Below are positions 1 through 8,856 of a stretch of DNA of 59,409 nucleotides, one piece after another (position 1 is the stretch's first letter; each line of letters opens with the position of its first letter). The stretch covers positions 1-59,409 of the forward strand of contig CAYSMK010000032.1 of NCBI GenBank assembly GCA_964432205.1, written 5' to 3'. Origin of the DNA: an uncultured Geobacter sp. Its GTDB lineage: Bacteria > Desulfobacterota > Desulfuromonadia > Geobacterales > DSM-12255. A program made the position numbers and the translations under genes. The notes beneath the pieces are model-generated. The model was not told the DNA's origin. It made no database searches and saw only the letters and a program-made list of their open reading frames with translations.

Positions 1-20
1 TGGGTAGTGGGATGCGGCCA

Positions 21-329
21 TTATACCATTACCCACTCAGATCGTTGCGGAGCCCAGATAGCGGGGTCATCGCCTTTTAGAGGCAAACCGCTGCGTTGCA
101 GGTCTTGGAGATAGGAGGTAGTCACCAACCCATAATATCTCTTGGATGTTTCATCATAAACCGGTGCCTGATCAAAACATTGTCTGTTTAACTCACTGAG
201 AATATAGTCTGAAATTGGACCCGGAACTACGCAAAAACACTCAGAAAGGGGAACGCATACTTCCTCCAAACGTACACACTCCTCAGGTCTAAATTTTCTC
301 AGTACTCGTTCGCTGAATAAGTCATCCAT
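21..329 (-). CDS. hypothetical small protein (possibly CBS-like)
   Basis: Complete 102-aa ORF. Weak resemblance to a CBS pair (hydrophobic-G-hydrophobic-V-T-x-x-D/Y-L pattern near the C-terminus). No confident family. Confidence 0.3.
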   Translation of the reverse strand: MDDLFSERVLRKFRPEECVRLEEVCVPLSECFCVVPGPISDYILSELNRQCFDQAPVYDETSKRYYGLVTTSYLQDLQRSGLPLKGDDPAIWAPQRSEWVMV

Positions 330-753
330 TTATTGTGTCTCTCTTGCCCAGCAGTAGGGTGTCGCTGTCTGGCAACTTTGGAGGCCGGCCCAGCGCCTGT
401 TGTGACTTCGCTTTTCATGACTTTTATTCAAAATAACGAATCGGAGGATGCCTATACTTTCAGTGTCCTTATTGGTTAGGATTAGATTCCCTCACTATTT
501 TTCATTATTCCAGCAAGATAAGTTCTCCGACCAACCCCTGCCAGCTTGCAGACCTCACTTGCCGTCTTGTCGCTGTTCTCATAGAGAATCCAGGCCTGCT
601 CGAGCTTTTCTACGGGAGTTTTTGGCCTCCCTCCGGTTTTGTGGATTCGGTGCGGGGTTGGTGGATATGAATCTGGAGGATCGAAAGCCGTTGATGCTTG
701 AGAATTGTGATCAAGATATCCGATTTCTGCGCAGGAGCTTGTGCACACGTACA

Positions 754-1164
754 TTACCCGGGCTCCCTCTCAGTTGGAGGCTGCCTAGGAGCACGACGTG
801 AATTGAGGTCCTCGCAGAGGGCTGACCGCAGTGCGCTAAATCGTCTTACAACCTCTACATGCCAGTTTTCGATCTCGTTCTTACGCTCTGGAGACTCCAG
901 AGAACTTCTAGCCTCAAAGAACTCGTCCCTCGAGTTTTCTGAAAGGACGATGCCCCCATCGCAATAATACCATTTCAACAATTCCTCCACGAGAGCATCG
1001 GCTTCCTGCGGCGAGAGGAAATGTATTCGGCGTCGAGAGGTCTGTTCGGTAAGTCTCCAGAGCTTCTTGTACTCTACGAGTCTCTGTTCAAGCATTTTCG
1101 TTTCGTATGCGCCCACCCACAACTTAATCTCTTCAAGTACTCGATCTACCTGCTTGCTTTTCAA
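754..1164 (-). CDS. hypothetical protein
   Basis: 136-aa ORF, helical and charged. Its start lies about 70 bp from the IS630 insertion point, so its promoter may be disrupted. Confidence 0.3.
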   Translation of the reverse strand: MKSKQVDRVLEEIKLWVGAYETKMLEQRLVEYKKLWRLTEQTSRRRIHFLSPQEADALVEELLKWYYCDGGIVLSENSRDEFFEARSSLESPERKNEIENWHVEVVRRFSALRSALCEDLNSRRAPRQPPTEREPG

Positions 1165-1236
1165 AGTAGCACGAGCTGCTAGTCCGCCTGAGACGAGACC
1201 AGCTAGAATGCCGCCAAATGCACCGACAATAGCAGC

Positions 1237-2399
1237 TAGTGTCTTGTGCGGTTAGTTGTATCTAAGTATATTTGGATGTGTTATAGTGCCTTTCATGGCA
1301 CGGACAACAGAACTTATTGAATTGACTACCGATGACCGACAAGCGCTTGAAGGGTTGCTTCGGTCACCAAAGACGGCCCAGGGTATGGCATTGCGCGCTC
1401 GTATCGTCCTAATGTGCGGCGCCGGTGAGACTGTTGAAGCAATAGCTGCTACAGTCGGGACTTCAACCAAAGCGGTTTACAAATGGAGGAACCGCTTTAA
1501 AGAATCCGGTCTTGACGGCCTTTCAGACCTGCCTCGCTCTGGTCAGCCCAAGAAGCTCACGGAACAGAAGATCAAGGATGTCTTGACGCTGGCTGTGGAG
1601 CGGATTCCCCATGAGGCAACCCATTGGAGTTTACGTCTCATGGCCAAGTATGCTGGCATCACGACTTGGCAAGTCCGCCAGATTTGGGAGGCCGCCGATC
1701 TGAAGCCTCATCGTATAAAGAGCTTCAAGATCAGCAGTGATCCACAGTTTGCCGACAAGGTTGTCGATGTCGTCGGTCTTTACATGAGCCCTCCCGACAA
1801 TGCGATGGTCCTGTCGGTTGACGAGAAGACCCAGATTCAGGCGCTTGACCGGACGCAGCCGATGCTGCAACTGAAACCTGGCCAGATTGAACGTCGCACC
1901 CACGATTACAAACGTAACGGCACAATGAGCCTATATGCCGCGTTTGACATCCTGACCGGTGAGGTCATAGGACGGGTGACCAAGCGGCACAGAGCCAAGG
2001 AGTTCCTAGACTTCCTGCGTCAGATAGAGCGATCAACGCCAAAAGAGCTTGATCTGCACATCATCCTGGACAACAGCAGCACCCATAAGACCGCAGAGGT
2101 GCTGAAGTGGCTGGCGGGGCATCCCCGGATATCCCTTCATTTCACACCCACCAGCGCCTCATGGCTAAATGCGGTGGAAAGCTGGTTCTCCCAACTGGAG
2201 CGGCGATCGATCTACCGAGGAGTGTTCAGCAGCGTCACTGCATTACGGAAAGAAATTCACCGTTTCATTGAGGCTCACAATGCAACCAGCGCAAAGCCGT
2301 TCAAGTGGACCAAGAGCGCAGCAGCAATTATTGAGTCTGTTCAAAGAGCAAAATCAAGTTCCGGCATTACTGGAAAGAACTAACCAAACGGGACACTAG
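1237..2399 (+). mobile_element. IS630-family insertion sequence (about 1.16 kb) with TA target-site duplication
   Basis: Single DDE transposase ORF. 8-bp terminal inverted repeat CTAGTGTC (1236-1243) / GACACTAG (2392-2399), so the element GTGTC...GACAC is flanked by TA on both sides, as expected for IS630/Tc1-mariner. Confidence 0.7.
1295..2383 (+). CDS. IS630-family DDE transposase
   Basis: N-terminal HTH region (MARTTELIELTTDDRQALEGLL...AIAATVGTSTKAVYKWRNRF), then a DDE region with VLSVDEKTQIQAL ... HIILDNSSTHK ... SWLNAVESWFSQL. Length and order are typical of IS630 Tnp. Start set at the MARTTEL methionine inside the 1256 ORF. Confidence 0.9.
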   Translation: MARTTELIELTTDDRQALEGLLRSPKTAQGMALRARIVLMCGAGETVEAIAATVGTSTKAVYKWRNRFKESGLDGLSDLPRSGQPKKLTEQKIKDVLTLAVERIPHEATHWSLRLMAKYAGITTWQVRQIWEAADLKPHRIKSFKISSDPQFADKVVDVVGLYMSPPDNAMVLSVDEKTQIQALDRTQPMLQLKPGQIERRTHDYKRNGTMSLYAAFDILTGEVIGRVTKRHRAKEFLDFLRQIERSTPKELDLHIILDNSSTHKTAEVLKWLAGHPRISLHFTPTSASWLNAVESWFSQLERRSIYRGVFSSVTALRKEIHRFIEAHNATSAKPFKWTKSAAAIIESVQRAKSSSGITGKN

Positions 2400-2697
2400 G
2401 ACTTCCTTACCAATCTCCATAGCTCACTCCGCACTTATTTAGTCCAACCGTCGGTCTCACGGCTACACCAATCGTTGGGGTCCTTATTTCAGTTCAAAGG
2501 CTCATCCAAGCGATCCGATTCGGCCACCCATTCAATCTCCCCACGTGCGAAAACTTTACCACCGCACAAAATACTTGCACTTAACAAAAGCAACAGTTTT
2601 TGCCCTAATTACGGCATGAAAAGTTCGTTTCAGAGGGATATCGGGAAGAATGCAACAAGTCTACTTCTGGCGAGCCTTTCCTAAGGAAAGTGTACCT

Positions 2698-4305
2698 TCA
2701 ACCCCTAACCGTAGCCTTCCTCACTCCCTCCCAATCCAGACTAAACCTTGCAAGGTACTTTCGTAGGCGGTCTGCGTCGTTGTTGCTTTTTTTCCCCTGC
2801 CGGGAAACGGCAAAAAGCTTTCGACCTGCCTCCGAGAGCGTTGCGGCGCTTCGGCAAATTCGGAGCACTTCGGCTAGCTGGACCCGGTCGAAGCAGTCGA
2901 GTCCGGCTGCCGTTTCCTCGTCCAGAACCGCCTGTAGCAGGGAACTGCCTGGATCGGCCCCCCCGCCTTCCCAAGTAGACCGCAGACGTCCAATCTCTTC
3001 TTCGACGACTTCGACGGTTATTCGCCCCGCCGGCGCCAGCGTCGCCATTCGTCTGACCGCACCGTTCAGATCGCGAAAGTTTGCCGGCCAACGGGCCTCG
3101 GGGCTCGCTGCAAATTCAAGAAAGCGCCTTCTTGCCTGCTGGTTGAAGGTGATGCGGTTGCCACTTCGCTCCGTAAAACGCTCCAGTTCGTAATCAAGGT
3201 TCGGTTCAATGTCCTCAGTTCGCTCTGCAAGCCCTGGAAGGGAGAAGGTCCAGAGGTTGATGCGGGCAAGGAGGTCTCCGCGAAACCGCCCCTTTGCAAC
3301 TTCCTGACCAAGGTCGCGATTGGTGCCACACAGGAGCTGAAAATCACTCTGGGCTTCGGAATCGGAACCAAGTGGGAGGAAGCGATGCTCCTCGATCGCC
3401 CGCAGCAGCATTGCCTGCTCATCGAGGCCGAGCTCGCCGATCTCATCAAGAAACAGCATCCCTTTGTCCGCCGACCGCAACAGCCCGGGGCGATCCTGTA
3501 GTGCTCCGGTGAACGCCCCGCGACGATGGCCGAACAGTGCCGACATGGCGCTGTCTCCACGCAGGGTTGCGCAGTTTACCTCCACAAAGGCCCCGGGGAT
3601 CTGTCGGCGGGCCTTTTTTAGTTCAAAGATTCGACGGGCAAGTTGGGATTTCCCTGCGCCGGTGGGGCCTGTCAAGAGGATCGGATCGATCGAGTTTATG
3701 GCAACACGCTCGACCTGCTCAATCAGGGCATTGAATCGCGGGCTGCGCGTCTCGATGCCGGACTTCAGGAACGAGATGTCGTCCCGTTTCTCCTGGTTAA
3801 AACGGGTGGCGATACGGTCATATTTCGAGAGGTCCAGGTCGATGACGGCGTAGTCGCCGGGCACCTTTTTCTCTGGCCCGTTCGACGGACCGGTCTGGAT
3901 CAACTTGGCCGGGAAATAGTGGGCCTCGGTGAGGAGGAACAGGCAGATTTGGGCAACATGGGTGCCCGTGGTGATGTGCACCAGATACTCTTCCTGTTCC
4001 GTGTCAAAGGTGTACCCTCTGGCGAAGTCGTGCAGTGCGGCAAAGACCTCCTCGAAATCCCATGGATTCCTGAACTCGATGCAGTGGGGAACTACCTCGG
4101 TCTCAGGGGAGACTTGGTGGATGTCGCCGATGATCCGCTTGAGGAGCGATGCGTAGCGGCGCTGGTAGATGAGGTCGAAGCGGTTTACTAGGAGCTCTTC
4201 GTGCTGACAGAGGGATACGGTTGGCCGCCACCGCTCCCACCGTTTGGGTTCCTTGCCGCTGTCCAGGATCGGGCCGAGTAGGCCGATGACTACCGTTCGT
4301 TTCAT
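2698..4305 (-). CDS. rtcR: RtcR, sigma-54-dependent transcriptional activator with N-terminal CARF domain
   Basis: Near-colinear similarity to E. coli RtcR throughout. Shared segments include the N-terminal CARF region (TVVIGLLGPILD...RWRPTVSLCQHE), Walker A LLTGPTGAGKS, the GAFTGA motif (HRRGAFTGALQDR) and the C-terminus SRQGKKSNNDADRLRKYLARFSL. Divergent from the rtcA/rtcB operon. Confidence 0.95.
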   Translation of the reverse strand: MKRTVVIGLLGPILDSGKEPKRWERWRPTVSLCQHEELLVNRFDLIYQRRYASLLKRIIGDIHQVSPETEVVPHCIEFRNPWDFEEVFAALHDFARGYTFDTEQEEYLVHITTGTHVAQICLFLLTEAHYFPAKLIQTGPSNGPEKKVPGDYAVIDLDLSKYDRIATRFNQEKRDDISFLKSGIETRSPRFNALIEQVERVAINSIDPILLTGPTGAGKSQLARRIFELKKARRQIPGAFVEVNCATLRGDSAMSALFGHRRGAFTGALQDRPGLLRSADKGMLFLDEIGELGLDEQAMLLRAIEEHRFLPLGSDSEAQSDFQLLCGTNRDLGQEVAKGRFRGDLLARINLWTFSLPGLAERTEDIEPNLDYELERFTERSGNRITFNQQARRRFLEFAASPEARWPANFRDLNGAVRRMATLAPAGRITVEVVEEEIGRLRSTWEGGGADPGSSLLQAVLDEETAAGLDCFDRVQLAEVLRICRSAATLSEAGRKLFAVSRQGKKSNNDADRLRKYLARFSLDWEGVRKATVRG

Positions 4306-4349
4306 ATAATATCCTATAAATTATTATAAACATGTATAACATTTCTAAC

Positions 4350-4420
4350 CCGCCGATCGCCACAAAAACGTGCCCTAAATCTATGTTGCACCCAAAAACG
4401 TAGTTACTACGAAAAGTTAC
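4350..4420 (+). promoter_or_regulatory. candidate RtcR enhancer (UAS) region
   Basis: AT-rich stretch just upstream of the -24/-12 element. Contains direct repeats AAAAACGT (x2) flanking an imperfect palindrome GTGCCC-N13-TTGCAC. Confidence 0.3.
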
Positions 4421-4445
4421 AGGTAATTGCGGGCGACAATGGTCT

Positions 4446-4463
4446 GCTGGCACGGCAGTTGTA
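4446..4463 (+). promoter_or_regulatory. candidate sigma-54 (-24/-12) promoter for the rtc operon
   Basis: CTGGCACGGCAGTTGTA: the -24 TGGCACG is perfect. The -12 reads TTGT instead of the consensus TTGC, one mismatch in the GC dinucleotide. Correct position and orientation relative to the bEBP gene rtcR. Confidence 0.4.
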
Positions 4464-4590
4464 ATTCCCGATATCAGAAACGCCACTGCGACCGGGCCGG
4501 CGGCGCATGGTCCTCCGACATCTGAACGGCAGTTACCGGGACGATGCGGTCAGGGGCATGTGTTCCTCACCGGGTTCTGACGAAGGTCAT

Positions 4591-4668
4591 GGCGGCGTCT
4601 GGTTAGCTCAATGGTAGAGCACCGTGCACCACACGGGAGTTGCAGGTTCGAGTCCTGCGCCAGAAACG
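4591..4668 (+). ncRNA. tRNA-like element (non-canonical; Y-RNA/YrlA-like tRNA mimic) in the rtc operon leader
   Basis: Perfect D-arm GCTC-AATGGTA-GAGC (4606-4620). Perfect T-arm GCAGG-TTCGAGT-CCTGC (4642-4658). Anticodon-like arm CCGTG-CACCA-CACGG has only a 5-nt loop. The acceptor pairing GTCTGGT/GCCAGAA is imperfect and there is no 3' CCA. Overall the element resembles tRNA-Trp-like sequence. Confidence 0.45.
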
Positions 4669-5004
4669 GGCTTTTAACCCGTTACAGCCGCTTCGGCGGC
4701 AGACCACGCCCGAAGGGGGCGGGGCGCACCGGGGCGAACCGGTTGGGTATCCGCCGGCAATCACCACTGTTCATGCGCCTTGCGGCACGCGGATTCCGCC
4801 GGTGGGGAAGCGACATGAAGGGGGAGCGGATTACCATCGCCCAGCCGGCAGTTGGATAAGCCGGAACAGATGGTGACTTAGACTCCCCGCTTCATGCCAC
4901 CGAGCCACCGGCTCAAGGGTTGTCCCGCGCAGTCAGTGCGGCCCCGGAAACGCCTCGCCCCCTGACGGCACTTGCTATTACCTTGGCAGCAAAGGAGGTT
5001 CACC

Positions 5005-6111
5005 ATGTACGGCATCGGGTATGTAAAGGTTCACTCCCATGAAAAAGGGCTGCTCTTCAGGGATAAAGAGTTCAGGGGAGTACTGGGCACAGGGCGACAT
5101 TGGTTCTTCGACCCGACCAACGCGGTCCGGGTGGACGTGGTTTCCCAGAGGTCGCCCTGGCTGTCTCACGAGGCACTCGATCTCATCGTGAAGTCGGGCG
5201 CCTTGGAGGATGAGGCCATGGTGCTGGACCTGAAGGATCATGAACGGGCACTGGTCTGGATTGACGGCCGCTTCGAACGGGTTCTCGGCCCAGGACTCCA
5301 TGCGCTCTGGACTCGGCTCAAGGAGGTCAGGGCAGAGGTAGAGGACGCCCGTTCTGTTCGTTTCAGCCATAAGGATATGAGCACGATCCTCGCCTCCACC
5401 TCTTCCGGGGAGCAGCTTGACAACGTGATGGTCGAAGAAGGGGTTGCGGCCGTGTATTTCAAGGATGGAGAATACGTGCAGACGCTTGGCCCGGGGCGCT
5501 ATCTTTTCTGGAAGCAGATGGGTAAGGTTCGGGTCCAGCATGTTGACCTTCGGGAAACAGTGCTGGACGTGGGTGGGCAGGAGATAATGACCGGTGACAA
5601 GGTTACGCTGCGGTTGAACGCTCAGGTGACCTACCGGGTGACCGACCCGCACCGGTCGGTAACTGCCGTGGAGAACCTCTCCCAGTCCCTGTACCGGGAA
5701 GCCCAGTTGGACCTGAGGGCCATAATCGGAGGCTATGAGCTGGACAGGCTGCTGGAGGGAAAGGACCAATTGGCCGGAGAGGTGGAGCTGGCGTTGACCC
5801 GACGTGCGCCGGAATTCGGCATCAAGATAATCGGTGTGGGGATTCGCGACCTGATCCTCCCGGGCGAGATGAAGGAGCTGCTGAACAAGGTCATCGAGGC
5901 CCGCAAGGCCGCCGAGGCCAACCTCATCGTACGCCGGGAGGAGACCGCCGCCATGCGCAGCCAGGCCAATACAGCAAAGCTGCTGGAAAACAACCCGACC
6001 CTTATGCGCTTGCGGGAACTGGAGGTGTTGGAAAAGGTGGCCGGCAGCTCGGAGCTGAAGGTGGTTCTGGGAGAGAAGGGTTTAGCCGACAGGGTGGTCA
6101 ATCTGCTGTAA
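5005..6111 (+). CDS. SPFH/band-7 (stomatin/prohibitin/flotillin/HflKC-like) domain protein, first gene of the rtc operon
   Basis: SPFH core (DKVTLRLNAQVTYRVTDP ... LDLRAIIGGYELDRLL ... ILPGEMKELLNKVIEARKAAEANLI) plus a C-terminal coiled coil. AAGGAGG RBS 8 nt upstream of the ATG at 5005. The upstream in-frame ATG at 4972 has no RBS. Confidence 0.8.
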   Translation: MYGIGYVKVHSHEKGLLFRDKEFRGVLGTGRHWFFDPTNAVRVDVVSQRSPWLSHEALDLIVKSGALEDEAMVLDLKDHERALVWIDGRFERVLGPGLHALWTRLKEVRAEVEDARSVRFSHKDMSTILASTSSGEQLDNVMVEEGVAAVYFKDGEYVQTLGPGRYLFWKQMGKVRVQHVDLRETVLDVGGQEIMTGDKVTLRLNAQVTYRVTDPHRSVTAVENLSQSLYREAQLDLRAIIGGYELDRLLEGKDQLAGEVELALTRRAPEFGIKIIGVGIRDLILPGEMKELLNKVIEARKAAEANLIVRREETAAMRSQANTAKLLENNPTLMRLRELEVLEKVAGSSELKVVLGEKGLADRVVNLL

Positions 6112-6182
6112 CATGAAGTAACAATATGGAGTCTGCCGGATGTCTGCGTTCAGTCTTTCAATTCAACAGAAGGAGTATCACA

Positions 6183-7232
6183 ATGATTGCAATCGACGGT
6201 TCACATGGGGAGGGGGGCGGCCAGATCCTGCGGTCGGCATTGGCCCTCTCTCTGGTCACCGGGAAACCGTTCCGCATAGAGAATATCCGTGCCCGCCGGA
6301 AAAAGCCGGGACTGATGCGCCAGCATCTGACGGCGGTGAATGCCGCGGTTGAAATCGGTGCGGCACGTGTCTCGGGGAACACAATCGGATCTCAGGAGCT
6401 AACCTTTGTGCCCGCCGCGCTACGCTCCGGCCAGTACCGGTTTGCCGTCGGCACTGCCGGGAGCTGCACCCTGGTGCTGCAAACGGTTCTGCCGGCACTG
6501 GTTCTGGCCGACGGGCCATCGAAGATACTGCTCGAAGGCGGAACCCACAACCCCGCTGCGCCCCCCTTCGACTTCCTTGCCAACGCGTTTCTGCCGCTGC
6601 TGAACCGGATGGGGCCGTCCGTTACGGCAGTGCTGGAGCGTCCCGGTTTCTACCCGGCCGGCGGTGGCCGTATGCGGGTGAGGGTGACGCCGGCTCGGCG
6701 GTTGGTACCACTCCACGTCCTCGAACGTGGTGCGGTCGTCGGTCGCACTGCCCGGGCAACCGTTGCCCGCCTGCCGCTCTCCATTGCCGAAAGGGAGATC
6801 GCCGTGGTTAGGGAGAAACTGGCGTGGGAAGACGACTGCATGAAGGTCGGGGAAACGCCAGACTCCAGCGGTCCGGGGAATGTCCTCGTTCTCACGGTGT
6901 CGAGCGAACAGGTCACCGAGGTATTCACCGGGTTCGGCGAATAGGGGGTGAGCGCCGAGACCGTGGCTGGCCGCACCATCAAGGAAGTGCGGGAATATCT
7001 GGCCTCTGGGGTTCCAGTGGGGAGGCATCTGGCAGACCAACTATTACTCCCCCTGGCACTTGCGGGCAAAGGGGCATTTTGCACCCTCTCTCCATCTGCG
7101 CACACGACCACCAACATAGAGGTGCTGCGGCTCTTTCTCGATCTGGACGTGCAAGTGCAACAGCAGGATGAACAGGGATGGCTGATCTCGATCGGGGCTG
7201 GAGAATCACTGGTACGCAGCCAAGCCATATAA
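6183..7232 (+). CDS. rtcA: RNA 3'-terminal phosphate cyclase RtcA, interrupted by an in-frame TAG at 6942-6944
   Basis: MIAIDGSHGEGGGQILRSALALS...KPGLMRQHLTAV...YRFAVGTAGSCTLVLQTVLPAL is colinear with E. coli RtcA. The reading frame is unchanged across the stop: upstream ...FTGFGE, TAG, downstream GVSAETVAGRTIKEVREYLAS. E. coli has GEKRVSAEVV here, so the stop replaces a Lys/Arg codon. AGGAG RBS before the ATG at 6183. Confidence 0.85.
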
Positions 7233-7256
7233 CCTTCTGGATAAAGGAATCTTGTC

Positions 7257-8420
7257 ATGAAATACATTGATACTGAACGGGTAGTAATAAAAAGCTGGTG
7301 CAACGAGCCCGAGGGAAACGCCCTCGCCCAAGCCCGGAACCTTGCCAACCTTCCCTTTGTTTTTCGGCAGGTCTGCCTGATGCCCGATACCCATGAAGGT
7401 TACGGCATGCCCATCGGCGGGGTTATTGCGACCGAAGGAGCCGTGATTCCCAATGCCGTCGGCGTCGATATCGGATGCGGCATGCTGGCGATGCAGACAA
7501 GCCTGGCGGAGATCGACCTGCCGGCCCTGAAGAGGATCATCGGGACGATGCGTGAAACAATCCCGGTCGGATTCGAGCACCACAAGGAGCCCCAGGACGA
7601 AAGTCTGATGCCGCCGATGGACGATCCTGCGCTCTACCCAGAGGTAAGTCGACAGTACCGCTCTGCCTGCAAACAAATCGGTACCCTCGGGGGAGGAAAC
7701 CACTTCATTGAGGTGCAGAAGGGCTCCGATGGCCATATTTGGTTCATGATTCATTCCGGCAGCCGTAATTTCGGGCTCAAAGTGGCGAACCGCCACAACC
7801 GGATCGCCGTCGACCTGAATGAGCGATGGCATGTTGCGGTCCCGAAAAAATGGGAGCTGGCCTTCCTGCCGATTGAAACCAAAGAGGCCTCCGTCTATCT
7901 GCGGGAGATGCGCTACTGCCTTGACTTTGCCTTGGCTAACCGGCAGCTCATGGCCAGCCGGGTCCGCGATGCGTTCCGTGACAAAATCCCGGACGTCACC
8001 TTTAGCGATGCGATCAACATCCATCACAACTACGCCGCGTTTGAGAACCATTTCGGGCAAAACGTCCTAGTCCACCGCAAGGGGGCGACCTCGGCCCGGG
8101 AAGGGGAAATGGGGATCATTCCTGGCTCGCAGGGGACGGCCAGCTACATCGTGCGGGGGAAGGGAAATCCGGACAGTTTCACGAGCTGTTCCCACGGCGC
8201 CGGCCGAAGGATGGGACGGCAGGCGGCGATCAGGAATCTCGACCTGGAAACGGAACAGAAGGCCCTGGAGGAAAAAGGGATCCTCCATGCCCTGAGGGGG
8301 AAGAGGGACCTGGAGGAGGCGGCAGGGGCGTACAAGGATATCGACTTGGTGATGGAAGAGCAGCAGGATTTGGTAGATATCGTTGTACGTCTTGAACCAC
8401 TGGCGGTCATCAAGGGGTAG
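7257..8420 (+). CDS. rtcB: RNA-splicing ligase RtcB
   Basis: RtcB hallmarks: metal and GTP site residues (LMPDTHEGYGMPIGG, GGGNHFIEV, HHNYAAFENH, CSHGAGR). Length 387 aa. Confidence 0.95.
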   Translation: MKYIDTERVVIKSWCNEPEGNALAQARNLANLPFVFRQVCLMPDTHEGYGMPIGGVIATEGAVIPNAVGVDIGCGMLAMQTSLAEIDLPALKRIIGTMRETIPVGFEHHKEPQDESLMPPMDDPALYPEVSRQYRSACKQIGTLGGGNHFIEVQKGSDGHIWFMIHSGSRNFGLKVANRHNRIAVDLNERWHVAVPKKWELAFLPIETKEASVYLREMRYCLDFALANRQLMASRVRDAFRDKIPDVTFSDAINIHHNYAAFENHFGQNVLVHRKGATSAREGEMGIIPGSQGTASYIVRGKGNPDSFTSCSHGAGRRMGRQAAIRNLDLETEQKALEEKGILHALRGKRDLEEAAGAYKDIDLVMEEQQDLVDIVVRLEPLAVIKG

Positions 8421-8491
8421 CGAAGCGTGGTTTTCACCCCCCCCCGTAGGAAGCGTAAGTTTCCCAAAATAGACAGTTCAACAGTGGAGTC

Positions 8492-8518
8492 GGGGCCTCA
8501 CAAGAGTCCCCTTTTTTT
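8492..8518 (+). terminator. intrinsic terminator after rtcB
   Basis: GGGGCCTC-ACAA-GAGTCCCC hairpin (one mismatch) followed by TTTTTTT. Confidence 0.55.
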
Positions 8519-8856
8519 CTCCATCTTCCTTGCTCGGAAGCAATCCCCTCTGCGGATTTTCGATGGTCCTGCCCCTTCCCAATCAGAGAGTGCAAAAACT
8601 TCTACTTCTGGCAAAGGACCGACCCATTTCTTCTGCCTGGCTGCAACATCCGCAAGCTTCATCACCGTGGCGGCTGAGCTGTACGAACCTCTTAGTAAAG
8701 TGTCCACTTATTTCTTACCACCTCACTCAAAAACGGCCGCTTTAAGATGCGAGGAGTGCTCAGAAGACTAGGGGCGATTCAGTCATAAGTTTTATGTGTG
8801 TGTGGGCCATCTTGACTCCTAGTGAATACGGGAATATGCGGCTGAAGTAGCTGGAG

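Noticed and set aside
4591-4668. Canonical tRNA gene (tRNA-Trp-like)
   Set aside because: The anticodon loop is 5 nt (or needs a 4-bp stem with C at position 33). The acceptor stem has a mismatch plus a wobble pair. There is no 3' CCA or discriminator context, and it lies inside an operon leader. Reported as a tRNA-like ncRNA instead.
6420-8060. Three long minus-strand ORFs (206, 232, 284 aa) over rtcA and rtcB
   Set aside because: They are antisense to strongly conserved RtcA and RtcB coding sequence and have no motifs.
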